DNA of 64,000 nucleotides from Acidobacteriota bacterium (GTDB lineage Bacteria; Acidobacteriota; UBA890; WLXD01): NCBI GenBank assembly GCA_963666215.2, contig CAXWPL010000002.1, positions 128,001 to 192,000 of the forward strand, read 5' to 3'. Shown piece by piece: positions 1 to 8,529 of this stretch (position 1 is its first letter; each line of letters starts with the position of its first letter). The notes under the pieces were generated by a model. It saw only the letters and a program-made list of their open reading frames with translations, ran no database searches and was not told where the DNA came from. The position numbers and the translations under genes were made by a program.

Positions 1-296
1 GCCTCGACCAGCTCGGTCGAGGGCTCGCCGAAGATCTCGACGGAAATGTCGCAGGCTTCGAGCAGCGTCCCGAGGAGCTCTCCGAGGTTGTCGATGTGGT
101 CGAGTAGGGCCTCGGAGTCTCGATAGCGCTCGCGCACCAAGCAGAGCGAGCGGTCGTCGCTGAAGAACCAGTCGTACTGCAAGGTGCCCGTGTCCTTGGC
201 GCGCACGCTCTCGATGCAAGCCGTCGCCGTAGCCTTGAAGGCATCGAGCATGCCGTCATGGATCTCGCAACGCGCCGTAACCTGTAGCTCTCTCAT
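1..296 (-). CDS. ABM-family (putative quinol monooxygenase-like) protein, runs off the window start
   Basis: Not in the ORF track. Manual translation from ATG 296 gives MRELQVTARCEIHDGMLDAFKATATACIESVRAKDTGTLQYDWFFSDDRSLCLVRERYRDSEALLDHIDNL..., matching the ABM GTLxY...ERYxDxxALxxH pattern. Confidence 0.75.
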   Translation of the reverse strand, partial: MRELQVTARCEIHDGMLDAFKATATACIESVRAKDTGTLQYDWFFSDDRSLCLVRERYRDSEALLDHIDNLGELLGTLLEACDISVEIFGEPSTELVE

Positions 297-681
297 CTCC
301 GTACCTTCGCGTTCAGTTGGACGATCAGCAAACTGGAGTGCGGATGACGCCGCCCTCGCTTCGCGACCCCGGCGAATACAACCAGAAAATGACTTGGCCC
401 ACCGCAACGACCGCGTGTAGGCGACGGAACCGACTACTGATCGTCTGCCGCACGAGGTCGGACCCGTCGGTGGGCGTCGGCGCCCGATCACCGAACGCCA
501 ACGCCGGCACGCCCGGACCAACGATCCGACTCCCACACCGAGACTCGACCTGTCCACCGCCCGAGGTGCCCAAGGGCTTTCCTGAGCGGCAGGACTACGC
601 TCAGCTCCCGCGCGGCGCTGCCGGGGCGCCTTCCATCCACGATCGTCCCTTCGTCGAAAATCCCAAGAACGCGGATAGCCT

Positions 682-690
682 TGCTAAGAT
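682..690 (+). promoter_or_regulatory. Extended -10 promoter (TGcTAAGAT) for the 765/1281 operon
   Basis: TGnTAnnnT about 75 nt upstream of ATG 765, which has a GGAGG RBS. Confidence 0.45.
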
Positions 691-764
691 CATGGGCTAA
701 TCAACGAGTCGGGATCCCCTTGCCGGCGCCTCACGGCGACCGAGAATGACGGAGGGAGGAAACC

Positions 765-1265
765 ATGCGTAAGCTCTGTCTTGCCCTGGCCGTGGCCGCG
801 ATTCTGGTCGCCATTCCAGGTAACGCCTCTACGTTCGTCGCACTGCCCGAGGACGAGCTCGTCGGCGGAGCCGAAGCGATCGTTCAGGGCAAAGTCGTCA
901 ACCAGTCGAGCTTCTGGAGCGAGTCGGGACGCATCATCGTCACCGAAGCCACGGTCCGCGTGCGTGTCGGTGACTTCAGAGTCGAGGCGCCAGGCTTTCC
1001 CAGCTTCAACCCAGGCGAGCGCGTAATTCTGTTCCTGAGCCGCGCCGAGGACGGTACGCGCCGGGCCCACGGTTACCAGCAGGGCCACTTCGAGGTCGTT
1101 GTCCGCCGCGATGGCGTTCGGCTCGCTGTGCCGCGCATCGAAGAGGGCACACGCCTCGTCACGCGCGATGGCCGTGTGCTCCCGGAGCCGCGCAGCCTGC
1201 CGCTGAACGAGTTCAAACGCTCCGTCCGCCGCATCGCCGCCGAAACCGGCGGCCCGCGCCGCTAG
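765..1265 (+). CDS. Secreted protein, TIMP-like/NTR OB-fold candidate
   Basis: Sec signal MRKLCLALAVAAILVAIPGNA; strong RBS; AEAIVQGKVV and FNPGERVILFL motifs. The fold assignment is inference. Confidence 0.7.
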   Translation: MRKLCLALAVAAILVAIPGNASTFVALPEDELVGGAEAIVQGKVVNQSSFWSESGRIIVTEATVRVRVGDFRVEAPGFPSFNPGERVILFLSRAEDGTRRAHGYQQGHFEVVVRRDGVRLAVPRIEEGTRLVTRDGRVLPEPRSLPLNEFKRSVRRIAAETGGPRR

Positions 1266-1280
1266 CAGGAGGACGAGACG

Positions 1281-2036
1281 ATGAAACGAATATCGAGCTC
1301 TAAGATCCTCCTGGGCGCCCTCGCAATCTCGCTCGTGGCCACGAGTATCTCAGCCTATGTGATCCTGAAGCCGCGTCGCACATGGAAGAAACCGCCAACC
1401 GTCATCGTCGACAACAGCGGCCAGGCCAGCATTGACGACCCTGGCGGGCAAAAGGACCACGGCCGTGACGAAACGATCATGGCTATCAACTCGGCTTGGA
1501 ACGGCGCCGTCGCAGGAGTCGTGAACGCGGTACCAGGCCCCGTGGATGGCGTGTGGGCACTCGGCGACGGCACGCCGATGCTTAGCTTCGAGGACCCATC
1601 AGGTGCTTGCACCGGCAACTGCCTGGCGGCGACCTTCACCGGCTTCTTCACTGTCGGCAGGGGCCCGAAGCGCATCGTCGACGCCGACATCGTCACGAAC
1701 GCCAACTTCCAATGGACGTCAGAGACCGAGCCGGACGGTTGCAGCGATGAGTTCTTCATCGAGGGTGTGCACGTGCACGAAGTTGGGCACGTCCTCGGCT
1801 TCGACCACTCCAACGTCTCGGGCGCCACGATGTTTCCGTCGGTCTCGTTGTGCAACAACGGTCCGGCCGACCTCTCACAGGACGACATCGACGGCATCCT
1901 CGACCTCTATGGCGACGGCGACGGAGGCAACGGCGGCGGCTGCGAGCTCGCTCCGAAGGGCGCCTCCTGCAACATCAACGATGACTGCTGCTCCGGCAAG
2001 TGCCGTGGTCCGAGCAGCAACAAGAGCTGCAAGTAA
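1281..2036 (+). CDS. Matrixin (M10/MMP-like) zinc metalloprotease with C-terminal Cys-rich domain
   Basis: Signal peptide; HEVGHVLGFDHS (HExxHxxGxxH); Met-turn ATMFP; DDIDGI terminal helix; AGGAGG RBS. Confidence 0.9.
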   Translation: MKRISSSKILLGALAISLVATSISAYVILKPRRTWKKPPTVIVDNSGQASIDDPGGQKDHGRDETIMAINSAWNGAVAGVVNAVPGPVDGVWALGDGTPMLSFEDPSGACTGNCLAATFTGFFTVGRGPKRIVDADIVTNANFQWTSETEPDGCSDEFFIEGVHVHEVGHVLGFDHSNVSGATMFPSVSLCNNGPADLSQDDIDGILDLYGDGDGGNGGGCELAPKGASCNINDDCCSGKCRGPSSNKSCK

Positions 2037-2327
2037 AGAACCGACTGCGCTTGTCTGAATCCCGGATCGCCCGCTGGCCGCGGACGATCCGGGTAGCTCG
2101 GCGCGTGGCCGGCCCCGCTTGCGCGTGAGTTCACGCGTGGCTTCGGGAGCGGGCGCAGTCTCGAGGGTCGAGGCACCTGAGAGGCACTCTCGCGTCGAGA
2201 AGCCGCGGCCGGGAGCAAGAAGTCACCAGGTCCTCCCGATCTACGGACCGGAGAGGCTTGGTGCGCCTTCGGCCCGGCGTCCGACATGCTGCCGCGAGCC
2301 CGCTCCGATGCAAAGCACCCGACTTGC

Positions 2328-2417
2328 CCCTACCGGATCCTCGAGACGCTCGGCGTGGGCGGCATGGGCGACGTTTATGTCGCCGAGGACGCGCGGCTGG
2401 GTCGTCGGGTCGCCCTG
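2328..2417 (+). pseudogene. Fragment of a Ser/Thr (Hanks-type) protein kinase
   Basis: PYRILETLGVGGMGDVYVAEDARLGRRVAL covers subdomains I-II; similarity stops where the catalytic Lys (VALK) should be. Confidence 0.8.
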
Positions 2418-2442
2418 CTCAGTGGTACGTCGCGCCTGTCCG

Positions 2443-2799
2443 TCACTCGATCCAGAGGTCGCGGTCGATATCGTTCCAAACCTCGACGCGCATGTCGCCG
2501 TGGTCGAAGACCTCCTGATAGTAGGGGTCGTTCTCCTTGTACTCGGCGTACGCACCTTGGTAGTCGCCGCGACGTGCCTTGTAGGCCTCGAAATCGGCGA
2601 GGCTGTCGTACTCCCACATCACGAAATGGCGGCCGGACGACTCGCCGGCGATCTCCTTGCGGAAGTAGCGCACGCTCTTCCATTCGCCGAAGAGCTCGCG
2701 GTGGTCGTTGACCCACTGCAGCCAGCGCCGCATGGCACGGTCGTGTTCGGCTTCCTTGCCCTCGGCAACCTTCCAGCTCTCGACCTCGAATACGGCCAT
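2443..2799 (-). CDS. Hypothetical protein, NIPSNAP/dimeric alpha+beta barrel-like
   Basis: Protein-like composition; VxEGKEAE and MWEYDSLADFEAY motifs; AGGA RBS. Confidence 0.7.
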   Translation of the reverse strand: MAVFEVESWKVAEGKEAEHDRAMRRWLQWVNDHRELFGEWKSVRYFRKEIAGESSGRHFVMWEYDSLADFEAYKARRGDYQGAYAEYKENDPYYQEVFDHGDMRVEVWNDIDRDLWIE

Positions 2800-2803
2800 C
2801 GTC

Positions 2804-3037
2804 CTACGCCCTGCCGCCGAGCTCGGGCCCGTGCCCGTAGCCGTCGAGAGCGGCGATCAGCCGGCGCCTACGCTCGTCGAGTGGGTCGCTTTCGGTCGCT
2901 TCACGGCCGGCGGCCGCCTCCGCTCGGCGCAGCTTCGGGAGTCCCGCCGCCACAGCGGCTGCAGCCGTCAGCAGCAGCCAGCGGCGTGAATGAATCGGAG
3001 GTGGATGGGCAGCACTCGCGGAGCTGTTTCGTTGCAT
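2804..3037 (-). CDS. Small protein with Tat-like signal (77 aa)
   Basis: ATG 3037; SRRWLLLTAAAAVAAG...AEA; TAAGAT -10 element upstream; stop 4 nt before the next gene. Confidence 0.45.
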   Translation of the reverse strand: MQRNSSASAAHPPPIHSRRWLLLTAAAAVAAGLPKLRRAEAAAGREATESDPLDERRRRLIAALDGYGHGPELGGRA

Positions 3038-3159
3038 GTCCGCCACTCTAGTCAGAGATCTTATGGGGAGTCCACTCGCCGTCGGGCGAGAAACCCGCTG
3101 CCACCAGTGGCGCTGGCCGCCGGTCCTGGACCGCGGGCATCCGCCTGACCTGGGCATAC

Positions 3160-3256
3160 GGCATTGTCAACTTAACGGAGCTGCTGGCAGAGTGCGGCCA
3201 TGACCCATACCGTCAGCCGCTATCGCAGGCACCGTTTTCCGATCGAGATTATCAGC
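3160..3256 (+). mobile_element. IS6-family remnant (left IR plus first 19 codons of the transposase)
   Basis: GGCATTGTCAACTTAA IR-like end, then MTHTVSRYRRHRFPIEIIS (IS6 YxxHRFPxEII motif), after which the similarity ends abruptly. Confidence 0.8.
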
Positions 3257-3542
3257 GAGAAGGACTCGGTCGGTGTTCTTGTCGCTGGCGCGCAGCTCGA
3301 TGTCCTCCCCAATATGGCTGACGCGCAGCGCCGTACGTTTGAGGCGTCGGAGTGCCTCACCGACGCATTCGACGGTCGCGTGTCGCGGCGTCGACCACGA
3401 CTTCACCCGGGCGGCGATCAACACGCGTTCCGCGGCGCCCGGCACGCAACGAGGCGACGATATCGCGCCGCCGCGAGTCCGAGATCGGCAGGACCAGCGC
3501 CGCGAGCGCCAGTACGATCACCACGTCGAAACGGCCCTCCAT

Positions 3543-5297
3543 TTAGAAGAATGCCAGGAGCAGGAACGCGATCAACATGGCGGCGACGAGGAGTGTCGCT
3601 TCGCTGATGGCCCAGGGCTCGCCCAACAGACTGGTAGCCGGACTGTGAAGGCGACCCACGCGGTCGACGACTTGCATCAGGGCGCGACCAGCGGCAGCGC
3701 GCCCGATCCGGTACCAGCCGCCGACGAAGTGCCCGAGCACGAGTACCAGTCGCTTGCCGCCCCGGCGGTAGATCCATTCGCTATCGACGTTAGTGGACCT
3801 CAGCTCCGCCGGGTAGAGCCCGGTCTTCTGCAGAAACACGAACGCGAGCGCTGAAGAGAACAGCAGCTGTGACATCGTGACGACGTGGGTCATGTCGTAG
3901 GGCGTCCAGCCGAGCTTCTCCATGTCGAACGGGAGCAGCTCGTAGAGTGGTGCCGGGTAGATGCCAATCGCGACGCACAGGAAGGCCGCGGCGCCCATCG
4001 CGATCAGCATGTTGGTCGGTGCTTCCTCGACCTTTTTCCCGCTGTCGTGCGCAAAGAACGCGAAGTACGGGATCTTGGAGTGGTGAAACAGACCGGCACT
4101 GGCGAACAGCAAGACGGCGAACACGATCGTATGGTGTCCCTCGGCCGCCGCCGTCAGGATCATGGACTTGGTGACGAAGCCGGAGAACAGCGGGAAGGCC
4201 GAGATCGCGGCCGCGCCAATCACGCAGAAGACGGTGGTGTACGGCATCCGGCGCCAGAGCCCTCCGAGCTCGGAACCTTTGATCGTGCCGGCGCGCAGCA
4301 ATACGGCGCCCATCGACATGAAAAGCAGTCCCTTGTAGATGATGTGCGCGAACGCGTGGCCCGCGGTTCCGTTCAGCGCCAACTCGGTGCCGATCCCGAT
4401 GCCGACCACCATGAAGCCGAGCTGGTTGTTGAGGCTGTAGGCGAGCACTCGGCGCAGGTCGTTTTCGATCACGGCGTAGAAGATCGGGAACGCCGTCATC
4501 GCGGCGCCAATGGGAATCAGCAGGTCGGTGCCGGCGAATCCTCGCGCCAGTGCGTAGATGGCGAGCTTGGTCGTGAAGGCCGAGAGCCAGACGGTGCCTG
4601 TGATCGTGGCTTCGGGGTAGGCGTCCTGCAACCAGTTGTGCAGTAGCGGAAACGCCGCCTTGATCCCGAAAGACAAAAAGATCAGCACGATCCCGGGGCT
4701 CGCGTCAGCGATGTCGTCGAACGCGAAGAGGCCGACGGGCTGCGCCTCCGTGCCGAACGCGAGCGATCCCGTGGCACGGTAGTGGATGATGGTCCCGGCG
4801 AGCAGCAAGACGCCGGACCCGACCTGGATGAGCAGATAGCGCATCCCGGTGGCATAGGCGCGCTCCGTGCGCCGCGCCCAGATGAGAAAGACGGACGTGA
4901 TCGCCGTCGCCTCCCAGAACACGAACAGGCTGACGAGGTCGCCGACGAACACCGCCGCAACCCCTGAGCCGGCGTACATCAGCGCCGCCACCTGCTGTAC
5001 GGTGTCCTTGATGTGCAGCGAGTAGATGACACTCAAGAGCGCCGCTATGTGAAAGATGATCCCAAAGATGCGGCTCAGCTTGTCGACCCGCGTCAGGATC
5101 AACGAGTAGTCGAACATCTCCACGGTGATGAGAGTCCCGGCCGGGATCAGCCACGTCATCACCAGGCCGACGACCGGCAGAGCCAGCATGTAGGCGGCAC
5201 GGGCGCGCCCTTTCAACAGCGGGATCAGCAGCGCGCCCAGGAGCAGAAGGAGCCCGGGTGGGAACTTCGCGGCGATCGCGGCGACCAGCTCAATCAC
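3543..5297 (-). CDS. mrpD: Mrp Na+/H+ antiporter subunit D/A-like
   Basis: Polytopic membrane protein; FVFWE, GIKAAFPLLHNWLQDAY, LAYSLNNQLGFM. Confidence 0.9.
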   Translation of the reverse strand: MIELVAAIAAKFPPGLLLLLGALLIPLLKGRARAAYMLALPVVGLVMTWLIPAGTLITVEMFDYSLILTRVDKLSRIFGIIFHIAALLSVIYSLHIKDTVQQVAALMYAGSGVAAVFVGDLVSLFVFWEATAITSVFLIWARRTERAYATGMRYLLIQVGSGVLLLAGTIIHYRATGSLAFGTEAQPVGLFAFDDIADASPGIVLIFLSFGIKAAFPLLHNWLQDAYPEATITGTVWLSAFTTKLAIYALARGFAGTDLLIPIGAAMTAFPIFYAVIENDLRRVLAYSLNNQLGFMVVGIGIGTELALNGTAGHAFAHIIYKGLLFMSMGAVLLRAGTIKGSELGGLWRRMPYTTVFCVIGAAAISAFPLFSGFVTKSMILTAAAEGHHTIVFAVLLFASAGLFHHSKIPYFAFFAHDSGKKVEEAPTNMLIAMGAAAFLCVAIGIYPAPLYELLPFDMEKLGWTPYDMTHVVTMSQLLFSSALAFVFLQKTGLYPAELRSTNVDSEWIYRRGGKRLVLVLGHFVGGWYRIGRAAAGRALMQVVDRVGRLHSPATSLLGEPWAISEATLLVAAMLIAFLLLAFF

Positions 5298-5547
5298 GGT
5301 CGTAGTAGTCCTCGTCGCGCCTGACGACTTTGCGCAGTTGCGTCGCCAGAATCACGAGCAGCACGCAGCTCACGAAGCCGTACCCGGCGTGGAATCCCGG
5401 CCATGCCTCCCAGGTGTAGTGACCGTGTTTTTCGTAGGTGAAGTCCAACAGCACCAGGACGGCGCACGCAACGTAGAGGCTGCGTAGGATGCGCTTCACC
5501 GCGACGGCGCCGACCGAAGGTGGGCCGTGATGTGGGTCGTCGCTCAT
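5290..5547 (-). CDS. Small 2-TM protein embedded in the mrp operon
   Basis: Overlaps or abuts both neighbours; GGAG-type RBS; two hydrophobic segments; C-terminal RRDEDYYD. Confidence 0.8.
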   Translation of the reverse strand: MSDDPHHGPPSVGAVAVKRILRSLYVACAVLVLLDFTYEKHGHYTWEAWPGFHAGYGFVSCVLLVILATQLRKVVRRDEDYYDRD

Positions 5548-5548
5548 C

Positions 5549-7051
5549 TCACCCTCCGGTTACCGCGGGAAGAAGCAGCGCGCGCAACTCCGGGGCGAAC
5601 ACGAACAACACGATGCAACCGATCGCCGTAAAACACAGCGGCACCGTGCACTTCCAGTCGCCTTCCCTCAGTTCTGTTTGGGCCGCGTGTTCGTGGCCGT
5701 GCTCATCCACCCAGGGGGCCGGCGGCAGAAAGAATGCCCGACCCACCACGGGCATCAGGTAGCCGATGCTCAAGAGCGAGCTCAGCATCAGCACGGCGAC
5801 GAACACGTTCATGTCGGCCTCGGCTGCGCCGAGAGCGAGGTACCACTTGCTCCAGGATCCTCCCATCGGCGGAAGCCCGATGATCGACAGGCTGCCCAGC
5901 AAGAACGCCGCCATCGTCAGTGGCATCCGCCGGGCGAGCCCATCCATGGTGGGAATCTCGGTCTTGTGGGCGAAGACGATGATCGACCCAGCGCAGAAAA
6001 ACAGTGTGATCTTTCCCATCGCGTGCATCGCGATGTGCATGCTCCCGCCCAGCGCGCTCGACTGGGTGGCCAACATCGCGCCGAGCACGATGTAGGACAG
6101 CTGGCTGATCGTCGAGTAGGCCAGGCGTGCCTTCAGATTGTCGAGCGTGAGTGCGATAACCGAGGACGCCAGCAGGGTGAACGCCGCGACCCAGCAGAGC
6201 CAATCGGCGTAGTTGCCGTCGGCCAGGTAGTCGATCCCGAAGATATAGATGACGACCTTCAACACCGTGAAGACGCCCGCCTTGACGACGGCCACGGCGT
6301 GCAGCAACGCGGAGACCGGGGTCGGCGCGACCATCGCGTTCGGAAGCCAACGATGGAAGGGCATCAACGCCGCCTTACCGGTCCCAAACGCGAACAGCCC
6401 GATCAGCACCACCGCCTGCGTCCCTTCGACCTTGCCAGACATGATGCCGCCTGGGGTGAACTCCATCGTCCCGCACAGCTGGTAGGTCCAGATGATCGCG
6501 GTCAGCAGGAACGTCACCGAGGTGAGGACGAGGATGCCGAGGTAGACGCGCCCGGCGCGGATCGCCTTCGCATCGCCGGCATGGGCCACCAGCGGATAGG
6601 TCGAGAACGTCAGGATCTCGTAGAACAGGAACAGCGTGAAGAGGTTGCGAGAGAACGCGATCCCGAGCGCCGCGAAGATTGCTACGGCGAAACAGACGAA
6701 GAAACGCGTCTGGTGGTGCTCGTGGTGGCCGCGCATGTACCCGAAGGCGTAGACCGACGTGGGGATCCACAGGCCCGACGCGACCAGCGCGAACAACATC
6801 CCGAGCGGCTCGACCTTGAAGGCCAGCGCGACCCCGGGCATCACGGTGAGCACTTCGAGTTCTGGGCGTCCGCCGGCCATGACTTCCGGCACGAGTTGGA
6901 CGACGAATCCAAATGTAGCCAGTGTCGCGACGACGGTCGTCCAGTCGCGCACGTTGTCGCCCTCGTCGTTGCGACGCCCCGTGATGGCGACCGCCAGGGC
7001 GGCTACCAGCGGCACGCCCAGCGCCGCAGCGATGGCGAGCTCAGGGCTCAT
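5549..7051 (-). CDS. mrpD: Mrp antiporter subunit D-like
   Basis: LFYEILT, GKAALMPFHRWLPNAMVAPTPVSALLHAVAVVKAG; start MSPEL at 7051 by ATGA overlap. Confidence 0.9.
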   Translation of the reverse strand: MSPELAIAAALGVPLVAALAVAITGRRNDEGDNVRDWTTVVATLATFGFVVQLVPEVMAGGRPELEVLTVMPGVALAFKVEPLGMLFALVASGLWIPTSVYAFGYMRGHHEHHQTRFFVCFAVAIFAALGIAFSRNLFTLFLFYEILTFSTYPLVAHAGDAKAIRAGRVYLGILVLTSVTFLLTAIIWTYQLCGTMEFTPGGIMSGKVEGTQAVVLIGLFAFGTGKAALMPFHRWLPNAMVAPTPVSALLHAVAVVKAGVFTVLKVVIYIFGIDYLADGNYADWLCWVAAFTLLASSVIALTLDNLKARLAYSTISQLSYIVLGAMLATQSSALGGSMHIAMHAMGKITLFFCAGSIIVFAHKTEIPTMDGLARRMPLTMAAFLLGSLSIIGLPPMGGSWSKWYLALGAAEADMNVFVAVLMLSSLLSIGYLMPVVGRAFFLPPAPWVDEHGHEHAAQTELREGDWKCTVPLCFTAIGCIVLFVFAPELRALLLPAVTGG

Positions 7052-8529
7052 GGTCCGACCCCGAGGAGCGATTGCGCCGCCTGCAGCGCGACGGTCGATG
7101 GCCACTCGGCGCCGATGCCGAACACGATCGTGCCGCCGATCAGAATCCAGGTCGGAATCAGCATCGAAAGCGGCACTTCCTCAACGTCGGGCGCGTCGGC
7201 CGGCCGCGGCCGGAAGTAGACCACCTCCAGGACCCGCCACACGTAGACGCCGGCGAGCAGCGAGCTCAACATGATGAGGACGGCGATGATCGGCCAACCG
7301 CGCTCGAAGGCGCCGAGCACGAGATACCACTTACTGACGAGCCCCACCGTCCCGGGGATGCCGATCAGGCTCAGGCCGCCGACCACCAGTGCGGCCATGG
7401 TCCAGGGCATTTTTCGCCCGAGCCCGGCCCAGTCGTCGAGGCGGTCGGTGTTCAGTCGCGCAACCACACACGCCACGACCAGGAACAGCCCCCCCTTCGT
7501 CAAGGCGTGGTTGAAGAGGTGCACCAGGCCGCCAGCGAGGCCGGACACGTTCCCCATGCTGATGCCGAGCGTCATGTAGCCGATCTGCGCGATCGACGAG
7601 TAGGCCAGAAGCCGCTTGACGCTAGACTGGTTGATCGCGGCGAACGAGCCGACGAACATGCCGGCGATCGACAGCGGCACAAGCAGGACTTGGATCTCGA
7701 GGACCTCGAAAACGAAGACGACGCCGAAGATCGTGAAGAGGAAGCGCACCAGCACGTAGATTCCCACCTTCGTGGCCGTGGCGGCCACGAACGCCGACAC
7801 GCGTGGGGGTGCGTACGTGTACGCGTCGGGAAGCCACTGGTGGAGCGGAAACAGCGCCAGCTTGATGCCGAGCCCGACGACGATGAACGCGAACGCGACG
7901 TGGACAGTCCGCGACTCCCAGACAAGCTGCAGCCGCACGGCGAGGTCGGCCATGTTGAGGGTGCCGGTCGACTGGTACAACAGGCCCAGGCCGATCAGGA
8001 AGAACGTGCCACCGATCGTCCCCTGAATCAGATAGCTGTAGGCCGCGCGGAAGGCGCGCCGACTGTCGGCCATGGCGATCAGGGTATACATCGACAGCGA
8101 GCTGATTTCGAGGAACACGAAGACGTTGAAGGCGTCCCCGGTCGCCGTCATGCCGAGCAGGCCGGTCAGACAGAGAAGGAGCGCCGCATAGTACAGGTAT
8201 TGTTTGTCGGGATGAAGGTCGAGGCCCTCCGATCCCGAACCGAACGGCAAGACGACCGACGGGATCATCGAGACGATCACGAGCACCCAGGCGTTGACGA
8301 CGTCGATCCGGTACTCGATGCCGTACGGTGCCTCCCAGCCGCCGAGCATGTAGGAGATTGGCTCACCGGTCGAGAGCACCGTCGACAGCATGTGAAGGGC
8401 GATACAGAGGCAGGTCCACGCTACGGCGATCGCCAGCACGCGGGCCGCGAACCGGTTGCGGAGCAGGACGCATGCCGCGGCCGCGAGGAGCGGCACCACG
8501 ACCTGCAGAACCGGGAAGTGCTCAGTCAT
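7048..8529 (-). CDS. mrpD: Mrp antiporter subunit D
   Basis: GDAFNVFVFLEI, KLALFPLHQWLPDAY, KRLLAYSS. Confidence 0.92.
   Translation of the reverse strand: MTEHFPVLQVVVPLLAAAACVLLRNRFAARVLAIAVAWTCLCIALHMLSTVLSTGEPISYMLGGWEAPYGIEYRIDVVNAWVLVIVSMIPSVVLPFGSGSEGLDLHPDKQYLYYAALLLCLTGLLGMTATGDAFNVFVFLEISSLSMYTLIAMADSRRAFRAAYSYLIQGTIGGTFFLIGLGLLYQSTGTLNMADLAVRLQLVWESRTVHVAFAFIVVGLGIKLALFPLHQWLPDAYTYAPPRVSAFVAATATKVGIYVLVRFLFTIFGVVFVFEVLEIQVLLVPLSIAGMFVGSFAAINQSSVKRLLAYSSIAQIGYMTLGISMGNVSGLAGGLVHLFNHALTKGGLFLVVACVVARLNTDRLDDWAGLGRKMPWTMAALVVGGLSLIGIPGTVGLVSKWYLVLGAFERGWPIIAVLIMLSSLLAGVYVWRVLEVVYFRPRPADAPDVEEVPLSMLIPTWILIGGTIVFGIGAEWPSTVALQAAQSLLGVGP

Noticed and set aside
300-700. ORFs 317-700 (+) and 325-573 (-)
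   Set aside because: No motifs and Pro/Arg-rich composition; more likely a divergent promoter region.
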